Positions 35,761 through 46,757 of a DNA stretch of 64,000 nucleotides are shown here, in pieces. Source of the DNA: Hamiltosporidium tvaerminnensis FI-OER-3-3 (Eukaryota; Fungi; Microsporidia). Each line of letters opens with the position of its first letter. The first letter of the stretch is position 1. Location of the stretch: contig JAKIMF020000005.1 of the NCBI GenBank assembly GCA_022605425.2, positions 992,001-1,056,000 on the forward strand, read 5' to 3'. The notes beneath the pieces are model-generated. The model saw only the letters and a program-made list of their open reading frames with translations. It had not been told where the DNA came from and ran no database searches. The position numbers and the translations under genes were made by a program.

Positions 35761-38358
35761 AAATTTTGATATCTCTGGTTATTTTTTATGAGAATATAAA
35801 AAAATCCCAGTTTTTAAAATTCTTTTATGATAGAATTATCAGTATTTTTCACTTATTAAATATATATTTAAACTTTTTGCGTGTATTTTACGGGTAAATT
35901 AAATATTCTTAAATTTAAACTTTTTTAGTTTTTTTATAAATAAATTGTCATTTAATAATTGGATTTGATTTTTATTTACAAATTTCGTTTAAAATGTAAG
36001 TTGTAGGTAAAATATGTTTGAAATAGTTTAAATAAATCTTATCTTTTAAAAAAAAAGCTTGGATAAAGTAATTTTTATATTTTAAATATAAATTAGGCTT
36101 ATCAGTTAAATTCGATTATTTTTTTAAAATATTTTTTTATGAAATTTCTACTGGATGGAGGTATAAAAAGTGGAAAATGCTTTTATTCTTCTGTAAAAAA
36201 AACCATTTAAATCATAAATATTACATTTGGTATCATTTGATGATTTAAAAAAAATCTGGTATTTATAGATTCTTTATTACTTTCTAATAAAGAAAAGAAA
36301 TATAAAATTTTTTTATTTAAATTGTAAATTTTGAATTCAGATCTATCATCAAGAAATATAAATATTTAAATCTGTTAGACTTTAAATAAATATATTTCAT
36401 GAAATTAATTTGTATCATGAATTTATGGCTACCTTTCAGAATAGGTTATTACAAATAATTGATTATATTTATCTCTAAATAAAATATAGAATGTTAAAAT
36501 TTTATGATTTCGTGACTTGATTTGTCATTTCTTTTAGATAAAACAGACAGTTGCCCTGGATAAATAAAATCAATAACATAAATCAACAACATATAATTCC
36601 ATATTTATGATGAACTAAAATTAGATTTCTAGGAATAAAATTCTTTATATTAGATATAATTTGGGTTTGGCTTAGTATTAGCATTATTTGCTGTTTTCGT
36701 TGCAAACTCTTATGAATTTATACTAATCTTGTTTTAAAATCTAAATCAGTTTTTTACAAATTCTATAAGGAAAGTAAAATAAAGAAAACTACATGTATGT
36801 GTATATCGAATATAATAAAATTATATTTTTATGTATGAATGAATTTAAGAAAAGTAAATTTACACGTAGATTTTTGGATTTAAATATTTTTACAATATCA
36901 CTTGATATTTCGGCATTTCTCTATCAAAAAGTTTGCAGATATCTCATTATAAAATATTATGCTAAAAATTTCCGCAATTTAAATCTGGAATTCTGTAATC
37001 ATATAACACGAAATTAACTTAAATATTAGATAATTCTAAATTTGCCAAAGCGATTAATTTATTTCATTGTTCCAAATACGAAAAAGTAAAGAAACCCACG
37101 TAAAAAAGATCAGTGGGCGGTATTACTACGGCGTAAAAGGCTCTTGCAGTGCTTTAGTTTTGAGTATTATGATGATTAATTTATGGAAAATACAAATTTA
37201 TTTTTTCGTTTAGAGCCATAAAACTACAATTATTTTATAAAAGAGTCGTTAAAAATTATCCAAAATAAGAAATAGCTACTCATTATAAATCTTATTATTA
37301 AATTGGTTTTTTGATCACAAAATATAGTAAAATGAATCTTATTCTCCGTTAGAAACCAGTGATTTTAATAGAGAATGAATTTCAACAGATAAATTTTTTT
37401 GAAAGAATAATTTATTTTCAAGCTGTAATCATTAGAATATAATTTTTGTAAAGCAGGAAAATAAATAAGAAAAATGATGGTTTTTTAAGGAAACTCTGAA
37501 AAATAAGGATTAATTGTTTATTTGCCATTTGATAATTACGAATCCGATACAAGAATAAACTATTAAACATGTAAAGCGTGTAAAAGCAGCAGTTTTGAAA
37601 TGAATTATCAATATATTTTACTGTGAATAGATTCTTAAAATATATTTGTTTTACCGATCATCACGACTGTTCAACAATTTATTAAGCTTTTCTATGCCTT
37701 ATTTTTATACTTACCCAAAACATAAATTTACAAATTAATTTAATATTAGAGAGAGAACTAGTATTAATATCATAAACAAATCTATTGTAAGAAAAAAAAT
37801 TGCACGAATAAACTTTTTATAAAGGTTATTACCAAAAAATATTCTCTTGGATTTTTACTTCATAGGAATTTAATTTATAGAAAATAGAAATTCATTAAGA
37901 AAATGAAATATATTGTAAACCAAATTGAATTTAATTATTTATCGTACGAAAAAAAATATTAGATAAACGCTGGTCAAACAAAAGTGAAAAAGCTTAGTAA
38001 TCAAACTTTACAAGGTAGAAAAACAGCAACGAAATATTATTAGGTCTATGCTTTATCAACTGTCGATTTATTGAAGATATCAGAAATATCAAATCTAGAT
38101 AAATTTTTTATTTAAATGTTAGATTTGTGGCTTCAAAATGATTCAATATTCATTAAATTATATTTTTTACAATATATTAGACAAGAATAGAATTATTAAT
38201 ACCAACGAAAATATATGATTTTTTTAAAATGTTTCGGTTTTTAGTGTTATATGAAATTATAACTTCTGATACACAGATTATTCGTATATACTTTATATAA
38301 ATCTTTTTATTTTTTTAAACCGAACACTGAAACATATTTATAATGATTCTAAAAGTAT

Positions 38359-38596
38359 TTGTTCTCCCGACGACCATGCCAGGAGCAGAATTAGCTTGGA
38401 GTATTCTCTGCTTGTTATAAGAGGCGACTAAAATATACTGGTTTCTTTATGTTGGGCATCGGACTAAAAATCAACTCTTTAAAACTACTTGTTACGAAAC
38501 CCAAAAAAGAAACAAACCCACTAGGAAAGACCGTTTTTCGGTATTAATGAAAGCGGCCAAGGCTTGTGCAGGGCTGTGGTGCTGAGGATGATAATG
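38359..38596 (+). mobile_element. ~240-bp SINE-like / internally deleted RTE-clade element with target-site duplication
   Basis: GC-rich island flanked by a direct repeat AAAAGTAT (38351-38358 and 38597-38604). The 3' end GCGGCCAAGGCTTGTGCAGGGCTGTGGTGCTGAGGATGATAATG resembles arthropod RTE 3' hairpin plus (GAT)n tails. Internal CTGCTTGTTATAAGAGGCGACTAA motif. Confidence 0.7.
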
Positions 38597-39447
38597 AAAA
38601 GTATATTATTTTTTTAGACATTTATTAATGGCTATTTCAAATTTATAATACATTTATATAAATAATTCTAAAATATTCATTTGATATCTGCTTATTAAAT
38701 CAAAAATTCAATATAACTTTACAAAATAAATATTCATAGGTCTGATTTCAGCTAAGCATTTGACTAGGATTTAAAAGAGATTGTTAAATAAATTTTACTG
38801 CTGAAATATAAATGCAAAACTATAAACTTTACAACTACGAAATATGTAGATAACTAAAGATGAAAAGTTCTATACAGTTAAATTCAAAATAAATAGATTT
38901 CTATTCGAAGGCTTATCACAGTGTCGAATAAAAAGTTTGAATAATGAAGATAGATTCATAAGATAGCCATAAAAATATGTGGAGAAAAACAATATTACAG
39001 AACAATTAGATAAAAGCATAACAAAATTTAAACTGGTCTTCTTACATAGTCTGTCTATGGATTCAAAGTAAGTGAAGGAAGTTAAAATTTTTATATCTGT
39101 TATTTTTTTATGAAAAAATTCAAAGAATTATTTGGGTTGTTGAATTTAATATAGATAAGTAATTGAAAGCAAATATAAAGAATTTTTACAACTATAAAAA
39201 CGCACAAAGAAAAATCAAACAAATATAAGTAAAATAAACCATAAATTTAAATTTCAAAACCAGAAACCTAATAGATGTCATTATTGAATAATAAATTTAT
39301 AAAATCTGCCAGATAGTTAAAATAGAATTGGAAATACTACAAAAATATTATTTTCCAAATATTTCTTCAAATAAACGGAATAGATAAATTTATTCGGAAC
39401 TTTAGACCAATTTAATTATTTTTATAAATTTTTAATAATGATATATG

Positions 39448-41802
39448 TCAATAAATGTTAATAAAATCAAATATTATGTTTTCTTCGCGTAGAAACCTCA
39501 ACAAATTTTTCATATTTGTTTTTTCAAACATTTTTTTCGAAGAGAAATGAAATCTTTTTAATGGAATCGATATAAAATCTGCTCGAATTTTATGATATTC
39601 GGAAAAATGAATTGATAAAATTTTTAGATTTATAAATCTTTTTAAGTATTGAATATCATTTGAATTCAGCTTAACATATTCCAAGTTTAAACATTTTAAA
39701 GATACCAAAAATTTACAATCTTCCCCGAGTTTGCAGAAACCACTATCTACGAATTTACACTTATAGAGATCCAATTTTTCTATAACCATAAATTGTTTTA
39801 TTCTATTTAAGTCATTTATTTGTAAAATACCATTTCTGTAAGAAAATGTTCTCAATTTTAAATCCCAATTTTTGTTCAAATATGCCAAACCACAGAAATA
39901 TGATTTTGAACCAAAAATAGATAAACCTTCCAAACAATTTACTTCGCTTAAAATATCAAGATCTGAAAATATTTTTAAGTTACTGATATCTAAATGTAAT
40001 ATCTTAAGATTTTTTGATTTAAATTCGATAGGTCTTAGACCTGCTATTGAACCAATATAACAATCTTTTACTTCAAGAAGTTCTAGATTTTCACATTTAC
40101 ATATTTCTCTTAGAGTATTTTCACTGATATGCAAAATATTTAAATATAATTCCGATAAAACTTTGTAATTATATATTGAATCAAGATCGAGGCTTTGTCG
40201 ATGTTTATATGAATTGTTGAAATGTAAAAATTCAATTTTTTTATTTTGAAACATACATTTAAAAAAATCGCAATTTAACCTGTCTATATCGATTGAAAAA
40301 CTTTCTAAATTTCCCATCTTTTGAATCGCTTCAAGTAAATTTTTATCAAAATCAATTTCAGATTGATAAAACGAAAGATTTAGAATCTTTAGGTAAGGGA
40401 AATATTGCAAAATTCTGCCAAATTTTTTACAGATTTTATACCTATGAAAATTGATTTCTAGATGAGATACAACAACAGGCGAATCTAACTTCATAAATTC
40501 TTGAATAAAATTATCTGCTTCGAAGTTCGAATTATATGAAAATATAACTTTATAAGTATTTTGCTTTTTAACAAAACATGACCACCAAGAAAAACTCATT
40601 TCTACGTTTTTAAATTCTATATATTCCAATGTTTCATTTGTTCTTAGGTACTCATCGATGAATGAATTATTTGTTTCCACATTATCTAATATCAATCCTT
40701 TAAGTTTCCATTTTTGTAGAAAATAACCGAAATTTTCATCATCAATATCCATATTCTTCAAACAAAAATATTCTAAATTATGATTTATAGCAAGATCTAA
40801 TTCATTAATTATTATTCTAATTGATTGCGAAAAATTTGAAATCATTATTGCCTTAAAAATACGTAACGGAAAAAACAAAGCATGATTAATATCTCTAAAT
40901 GCTGATATTTTAAATGCATCCAGTATTAAAGATTTTATATTGAGTTCATTTAACAAAATTTGGAATGTATTTAAAATGTTGCGATTCCTAAATATATTTT
41001 CTAGAACACAAAATAACTTTTGGTCGTTAATCATCAAACTTTTATATGGAATATGTTTATTAAAAGTGGTATCATCAATTATTCTTTTGGTGTTTATTGA
41101 GATAACCAAATTTTCGTTAATAAAATCGTGTTTTATCATCAGATAATCGAGAAACGTGCCGATCAGAAGTTTTTTTACATACAAATTCCACGAGACCAAT
41201 TCATTTTGACTGAATAAATCACCAAGTTTTAAATCTTCTCTTTTTGAATTATTGGTAAATTGTTTAAAAAAAATTCTAAAAGAGATCCCACGTATAAAAT
41301 CAGATATGTTTTTCTTTTCTATAGCTTTAAGGGATCTTAAAGTCAGCAAAAGACAATTTAAATAATCAATATTTGCTTTATCGGGTATTGATGAAATATC
41401 ATTTAAACTCTTTAAAATATAAGCTAAGTTAAAATTACATTCAATTCTTGTACTTAAATTTTCATATGTAGGATACTCCAAAACTGATTTCAAAAGTTCA
41501 AAATTCACAAAGTTATTTTTTTTATAAGTGAAAACCCTATGTAATTTATTTTCTGATTTTAGATTTGAATTATTTAAGACATTCATATAGAAACATTCAT
41601 GAATGGTTCCTATCGTTTCTAACTTATCTTCTATTTCTTCATAAAATAAAATTTCGCGATCTTTATTTGTTTCAATTAAATAAATGAACTTTTTTGCTGC
41701 AATAAAATTGGAATTTATACTCGTATACAATATGAGAACCCAAATATATAATATTTTCGAAATTAAAGGTATTTTTTTCGTAGAAAAGGCGTAACTAATC
41801 AT
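39448..41802 (-). CDS. Secreted LRR-like family protein
   Basis: The track start at 41853 is TTG; first ATG is 41802 (784 aa). Hydrophobic ILYIWVLILYTSI segment, then family motifs IECNFNL.YILK, HIPYKSL.IN, LLNELNIKSL, KGLILDN, LEYIEFKN, and LRR repeats. Confidence 0.9.
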   Translation of the reverse strand: MISYAFSTKKIPLISKILYIWVLILYTSINSNFIAAKKFIYLIETNKDREILFYEEIEDKLETIGTIHECFYMNVLNNSNLKSENKLHRVFTYKKNNFVNFELLKSVLEYPTYENLSTRIECNFNLAYILKSLNDISSIPDKANIDYLNCLLLTLRSLKAIEKKNISDFIRGISFRIFFKQFTNNSKREDLKLGDLFSQNELVSWNLYVKKLLIGTFLDYLMIKHDFINENLVISINTKRIIDDTTFNKHIPYKSLMINDQKLFCVLENIFRNRNILNTFQILLNELNIKSLILDAFKISAFRDINHALFFPLRIFKAIMISNFSQSIRIIINELDLAINHNLEYFCLKNMDIDDENFGYFLQKWKLKGLILDNVETNNSFIDEYLRTNETLEYIEFKNVEMSFSWWSCFVKKQNTYKVIFSYNSNFEADNFIQEFMKLDSPVVVSHLEINFHRYKICKKFGRILQYFPYLKILNLSFYQSEIDFDKNLLEAIQKMGNLESFSIDIDRLNCDFFKCMFQNKKIEFLHFNNSYKHRQSLDLDSIYNYKVLSELYLNILHISENTLREICKCENLELLEVKDCYIGSIAGLRPIEFKSKNLKILHLDISNLKIFSDLDILSEVNCLEGLSIFGSKSYFCGLAYLNKNWDLKLRTFSYRNGILQINDLNRIKQFMVIEKLDLYKCKFVDSGFCKLGEDCKFLVSLKCLNLEYVKLNSNDIQYLKRFINLKILSIHFSEYHKIRADFISIPLKRFHFSSKKMFEKTNMKNLLRFLREENIIFDFINIY

Positions 41803-42649
41803 ATAACTCAAAGAAAGGTCAATTTTTTTTATATAAAAATATATTCTCTTCAAAGTATTTTATCATTGATAAATTAAATAAAAAAATCTTGCAAAATTTT
41901 TTTTTCGGGAGTTATATCTTAGAAAATGCAATTCAAAAGATTCGTATGTATACTCCTTAAGTTTTTTTGCAGACTCTTTCAAATTTTTATTTTAAAATTG
42001 TTACATTAAAGTTTTTAACAGTAAATTTATATATAAATTAAAAAATTAATTTATGATATATTATATTTTGAGTATTCTAGATTTTGGTGCCAAACCTTTT
42101 TGTATTGCTCTTATAAAAATTTTAAAAGAGTATGTATCGAGTTTTAGCATGGCAAACATGTTTGAATGAGTCATAAATAGAAAATGTAACTTTAGCCATA
42201 TTTTACACAGAAATTTTAAAATTAACATTTAATTCGTTAAAGACTATCTCAAAAATATCTGTACCACCAGATTTTTCGTTTAAGAAAAGAAAACGTATAA
42301 TACACAAGTTTTTTCGACAGTGTTAAATGAAAATACTTTATACAAGGTTAATATAACTGCAATTTGGCATTACAAGCAAAAAAAAGATTCGCCAGTCAAT
42401 TTAGCCGTTTTACTCTTCTATATATCAATATACCACTGAAAAATGACACAGTTGCTGTATAGAAGAGATTATTGATAAAATAGCCATATGGATTTTTTCG
42501 AATTTAAAGCTAGAAGAATACTCTTTTAATTTATTAAATTCTTCCTCATTTATTTATTCGTAAAATTAATTTCATAACTTCACTTTTTCATATCTTTAAC
42601 ATTTTTTATTTAATCAACAACTTTTTGTTTTCATTTCGCTTCGATAGAA

Positions 42650-43800
42650 AACCTATAAATTTCATTTGTAGACATTTCTGATTTTAGCTACATGTGAGCT
42701 TCCAAAAAAGGTACATTTGGGTCGTATTGGGCGGGGTTTCTAGTTTAATTATATGAGAACTTCTTTAATAAGCATTGCTTTTTTTAAATACATTCTTTTA
42801 ATATTTAAACCACTTTATTTATATTTATTGTGGTTTCCTGCTGCGGGTATGTCATTCAATTTATGATGTAAAATATTCTTTAATTTACTTGTTTAAACTT
42901 CCTTCTTCATTCTTAATCCCTTTGAATTTATTGGTTGTTTTTGCTTAATGTTCCACCAATAACACAAAATAAAACCCGCGCTACTCTCTTCCGCAGTTGT
43001 CTCTCACTTAACTTCTCTTAGTATAATAAAATGATATGTTTTGAGCGTGTTCTGAGCACCAGTATCCAAAATTCTATTTAAATATTCAAACATATTTGTA
43101 GTATGTTAGAACACAACTTATAGTATTTTGTTACAATAGCTTCCATGATTATCACATAAGAAGCATGACCACACTTAATTTATAAAAAAACTAACGCTAT
43201 CTGCCAATATATAATATTTCTTGGCCTTCTATGTTTCGACTATTCGAAGTGAATTTTGGCAAGTAATTACTTCATCAGTATGAACTAGTATTTATCATTT
43301 GCAAAACAAACGTTTTAGTCTGGTATTCAGAATTTCGGCATCGGCTATATTTTTATATTCCCTCTTATCTCTACACGCTAGTTATGAATTTTTTTTACTG
43401 AGAAACTCGTATTCGTTTTGAAGACTTACTTCTATATATATTTAGCAAGACTAAATCTATGCATCTCACGATTTCATGTGTCATCATTTATAGTCATGAA
43501 TAAGATATGTTTTCACATTTCGTCACCAGTTAATCTACTGCTTTTTAGACTATTGATGTTTGGGCACATACCTTCTGCTAACCCGATAAATTTTGTTACT
43601 CGATAAGCATAACACTGCTTCACAAGTGGTCTTAAAATTCCGTTTTTTAGTATACTGAAGCGTCAATAACACCAACAAGCTAATTTCTTCCAACATCACT
43701 GAACCTTTGATGATGTTTTCAGTCTTCTATTTCGTTATGCAATTCGGCTACCTGAGTGTAGAATTCTATTACATATTCACAGGTCCTTGGATTTCCTTAT
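42650..43800 (-). mobile_element. 3' remnant of R4/Dong-like non-LTR retrotransposon
   Basis: Minus strand KAVD.LVTKCE...HDY...HEIVRCIDLVLLN (CCHC knuckle / RHNE equivalent, ~43440-43545) and SYVII.EAIVTKY (~43125-43165). Confidence 0.7.
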
Positions 43801-45372
43801 AAAATATAAATTTATATTTATTAAAACCTCTTCAATGGTAGAATAAAGAAAAAAGATAACTCGGGTAATAAAATAAATAAACTTTCTTTTTGAAAAACAC
43901 CTCTTTGGTTAAACGAATTAACAGACCTTTTAATTTAGATGATAAAGTCTGTCTATATAAAAGATACCTCTTATCTAGGTGCCTAATGAGAGTTTACAAC
44001 ACCTATATTGTTTGTATTCCTTTTTTTTAACTTCTTCTAACCAAATTTTACTTTTAAAATAGTTTTTTACATGTGCAAGGTGTGTTCTATTATTGTCTCA
44101 ATCTTTGGCATCGCTGGTCTTCTAATCGATACATCTTTAGATTTTTACAGACAATCCAAGAGCTACAAAAATATATTCTGAATACAACTTAATGCTACAC
44201 AGATCTCTTTACGGTTATGTTATACAAAGATATAAGTTTTCTTTATTCTAACTTGTAGATAAATTTTGTTCTTCTGTGATATATACGCCTCACAGCATTT
44301 AAATCATAGAACTCATCGGTAATATAGAAAGGTATTTCTATAAGATATTCGATTTGAAAAATTCTTTTTTTGATAAATCCCATGCCAAAAATGTAATTTT
44401 AAATATGCTTCGAATTCGTCTTAAATTTTAGGAATAAATATCGTTTGTAGGCCCGGTTTGCCAGTCTTGATTTGCTTTTTTATTCTCGGATATTTGCAAA
44501 GACCAGCCATTGTTATCAAGATATGAGTTCCTTTATAACACGCATCATTTTTGCCACTTTTTTCTTTAATCTCTAAATTTTTAGAAATATTTTTATCTTT
44601 TTAACCACATAGAAAACATTAAGCTAACAATAAATATGTTATTCTTTGATTCATACCGTATCAATTTATAAAATTTTAATTTTAAAAGTTTTTATTTTGT
44701 TTATTTATGGTATATATTTGCCGTAATTTTCTGGAAGGCAGTGAGTTTGAAGTAAGCCTCTAACAAGGAGATCATTTTCCTGCTCACCGTTCCTTTGTTA
44801 TTATGAAAATAATTGTTTTTATAAATAAAATAATTGTCTTTATTGGTTTTATTCATCTTGCCACACACTTTTTTTAATATTAAAATATAAAAGAAAAGTA
44901 TTATATTTTTGTGATATAAGTAATATCACAGTATTTCCTAGTAAAAAGTTTTTTAATTCTTAAATCAACAATAAAAGTAAATCATTAATTGAAGAACTAT
45001 TATTATTTTTAAAAAAATCCAATTTAAAAAGATGAACACACTTCACAATGCAATAATAATAAATTATATGAAAGTTTTGAAATTACAATATTAAATATGC
45101 ATAAGATATAAAAATAATGCTAGGCGAACAATCAGTTAAACTGTAAAATTCTTAATTTAAATAGAAGTCAAATATATATCAAAGATTGGAAAATACATAG
45201 TGTGTAGAAACGAGAATTATGTATAGCATTAGAAAACTTATACTTTTAGAATATAAATTCTGTGTCATTCAAATAATTTATCAAATCTTTTATTTTGTTT
45301 TTGATTGTTCGTGACTCATTTTTTTTAAAACATTCTAATAGAATAAAAAAAAATGTAACACTAAAAAGGGCA

Positions 45373-46003
45373 ATGAATCTTCCAGAATATAAAGGGCCAG
45401 CAGAAATTGTAAGTATTTTATTAATTTAAGTATTACAACGATGAGGAATCACAAAAATACGATAGAAACACAAGAATTAACAAAATACAAATAGATATGA
45501 CAGAAAGATGTATAGAACTGTGTGAAATAAGTAAAGACCATTTGATTTTAGACTTGGGATGTGGTTCAGGTATAAGTGGATGTGTATTATCACAGTACGA
45601 ATATATTTGGATCGGTACAGATATTAGTCATTCGATGTTAAAAATATGTAAAAATAAAGAATTTGCATTTGATTTGTGTAGATCTGATATCGGAACCAAC
45701 TTCTGTTTCAAAAAAAATACATTTGATAAGATTATTAGTGTTAGCGTTCTACAATGGCTTTTTCATTCATATTCTTCTACACACGAACCGTTTTTACGAA
45801 TTAATATTTTTTTTAAAAATTTATTTTTTGTTTTAAAAAACCACGGACAAGCTGTTCTTCAATTTTATCCGGAAAATTCCAAACAGACTGATATTTTTAT
45901 TAAAGTAGCTCGTAAAGTAGGATTTCAAGGTGGATTGGTTATAGATAACGAAGGAACCAAAAACAAAAAATATTTTTTAGTTCTTCGTGTATTTAAGCAA
46001 TAG
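45373..46003 (+). CDS. BUD23: 18S rRNA m7G methyltransferase Bud23; exons 45373-45408 and 45431-46003 (202 aa)
   Basis: Splicing out 45409-45430 gives MNLPEYKGPAEI|YYNDEESQKYDRNTRINKIQIDMTERCIEL, matching the Bud23 N-terminus (RPE..APPEIFYND.EA.KY...R...IQ..M..RA.ELL). Then LDLGCGSGISG, ISVSVLQWL, AVLQFYPEN and GF.GGLVID. The C-terminal extension of Bud23 is absent. Confidence 0.93.
45409..45430 (+). other. 22-nt spliceosomal intron in BUD23
   Basis: GTAAGTATTTTATTAATTTAAG has a GTAAGT donor and a TTAAT branch fused to the AAG acceptor. Its removal joins two otherwise out-of-frame conserved segments. Confidence 0.9.
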
Positions 46004-46284
46004 AAATTTAATCTTTAAATATAATTAAATAGATAACCATTTGAGCATTTTTATTTAAAAAAATATTTTTTTGGGAATAAAATTTTAAAAAAGCAATTCT
46101 ATGTTTTAGAATAAGAGTACCTTTAAAATATTTATTAATTCTAAATACAGAAGAGTTCACAGTATTAGAATATTTGATTATTCATTACTTCTAATTTATA
46201 AAATATATTTATTCTAAATGAAAAGTGTTTACTGTATTAAAATGTCTTATTCATTCTATTTAGTTTTAGAATAAATTATATTTT

Positions 46285-46664
46285 AAGAAGAAGAAGTATC
46301 CAATAATAAATATTAATACCCTTTCTCTTCATTCCCATTTATTTATAAAAATAATTAATTTTAAGAAATTTCATCCAACAATAATATTAGTACCCTTTCT
46401 CTTCATTCCTATTCATTTATAAAAATAAATTTAATAAGAAGAAGAAGTATCCAATAATAAACAGAATAAAATCTGTTATCTAATACACCCCTATCAATAC
46501 TTAAACCAACCATTTTTAAAAAATAATATTTTATTGTTACATTTCCTACATTTTTAATTCGTTATTTCTTTATTTTTACAATTTTTAAAAAATAATATTT
46601 TATTGTTACATTTCTTACATTTTTAATTCGTTATTTCTTTATTTTTACAATTTTTAAAAAATAA
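46285..46664. repeat. Local duplications between BUD23 and the OSBP gene: permuted ~25-50-bp duplicates (46285-46461) and a 69-bp tandem repeat x2.2 (46512-46664)
   Basis: AAGAAGAAGAAGTATCCAATAATAAA and TACCCTTTCTCTTCATTCC each occur twice. 69-bp units start at 46512, 46581 and 46650 with one mismatch. Confidence 0.85.
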
Positions 46665-46757
46665 AAACGGGGTTATTTTATGTTTTAAATTTTTTTTGGA
46701 TTGGTAAATAAAAAAAATTTTAGATTTTAAATATTTGAAGAACCCTTTTTTCTTCAA

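Noticed and set aside
36150-38250. Possible relic LRR gene (e.g. LCFINCRF); similar coding-like decay at ~18.4-19.8, 23.3-25.1, 28.4-31.9 and 55.2-56.3 kb
   Set aside because: Too fragmented to align by eye; needs a frameshift-aware search.
44716-44802. GC-richer patch with hairpins and an Sm-like AATTTTCTGG
   Set aside because: No U1/U2/U4/U5/U6 or snoRNA box signature recognised.
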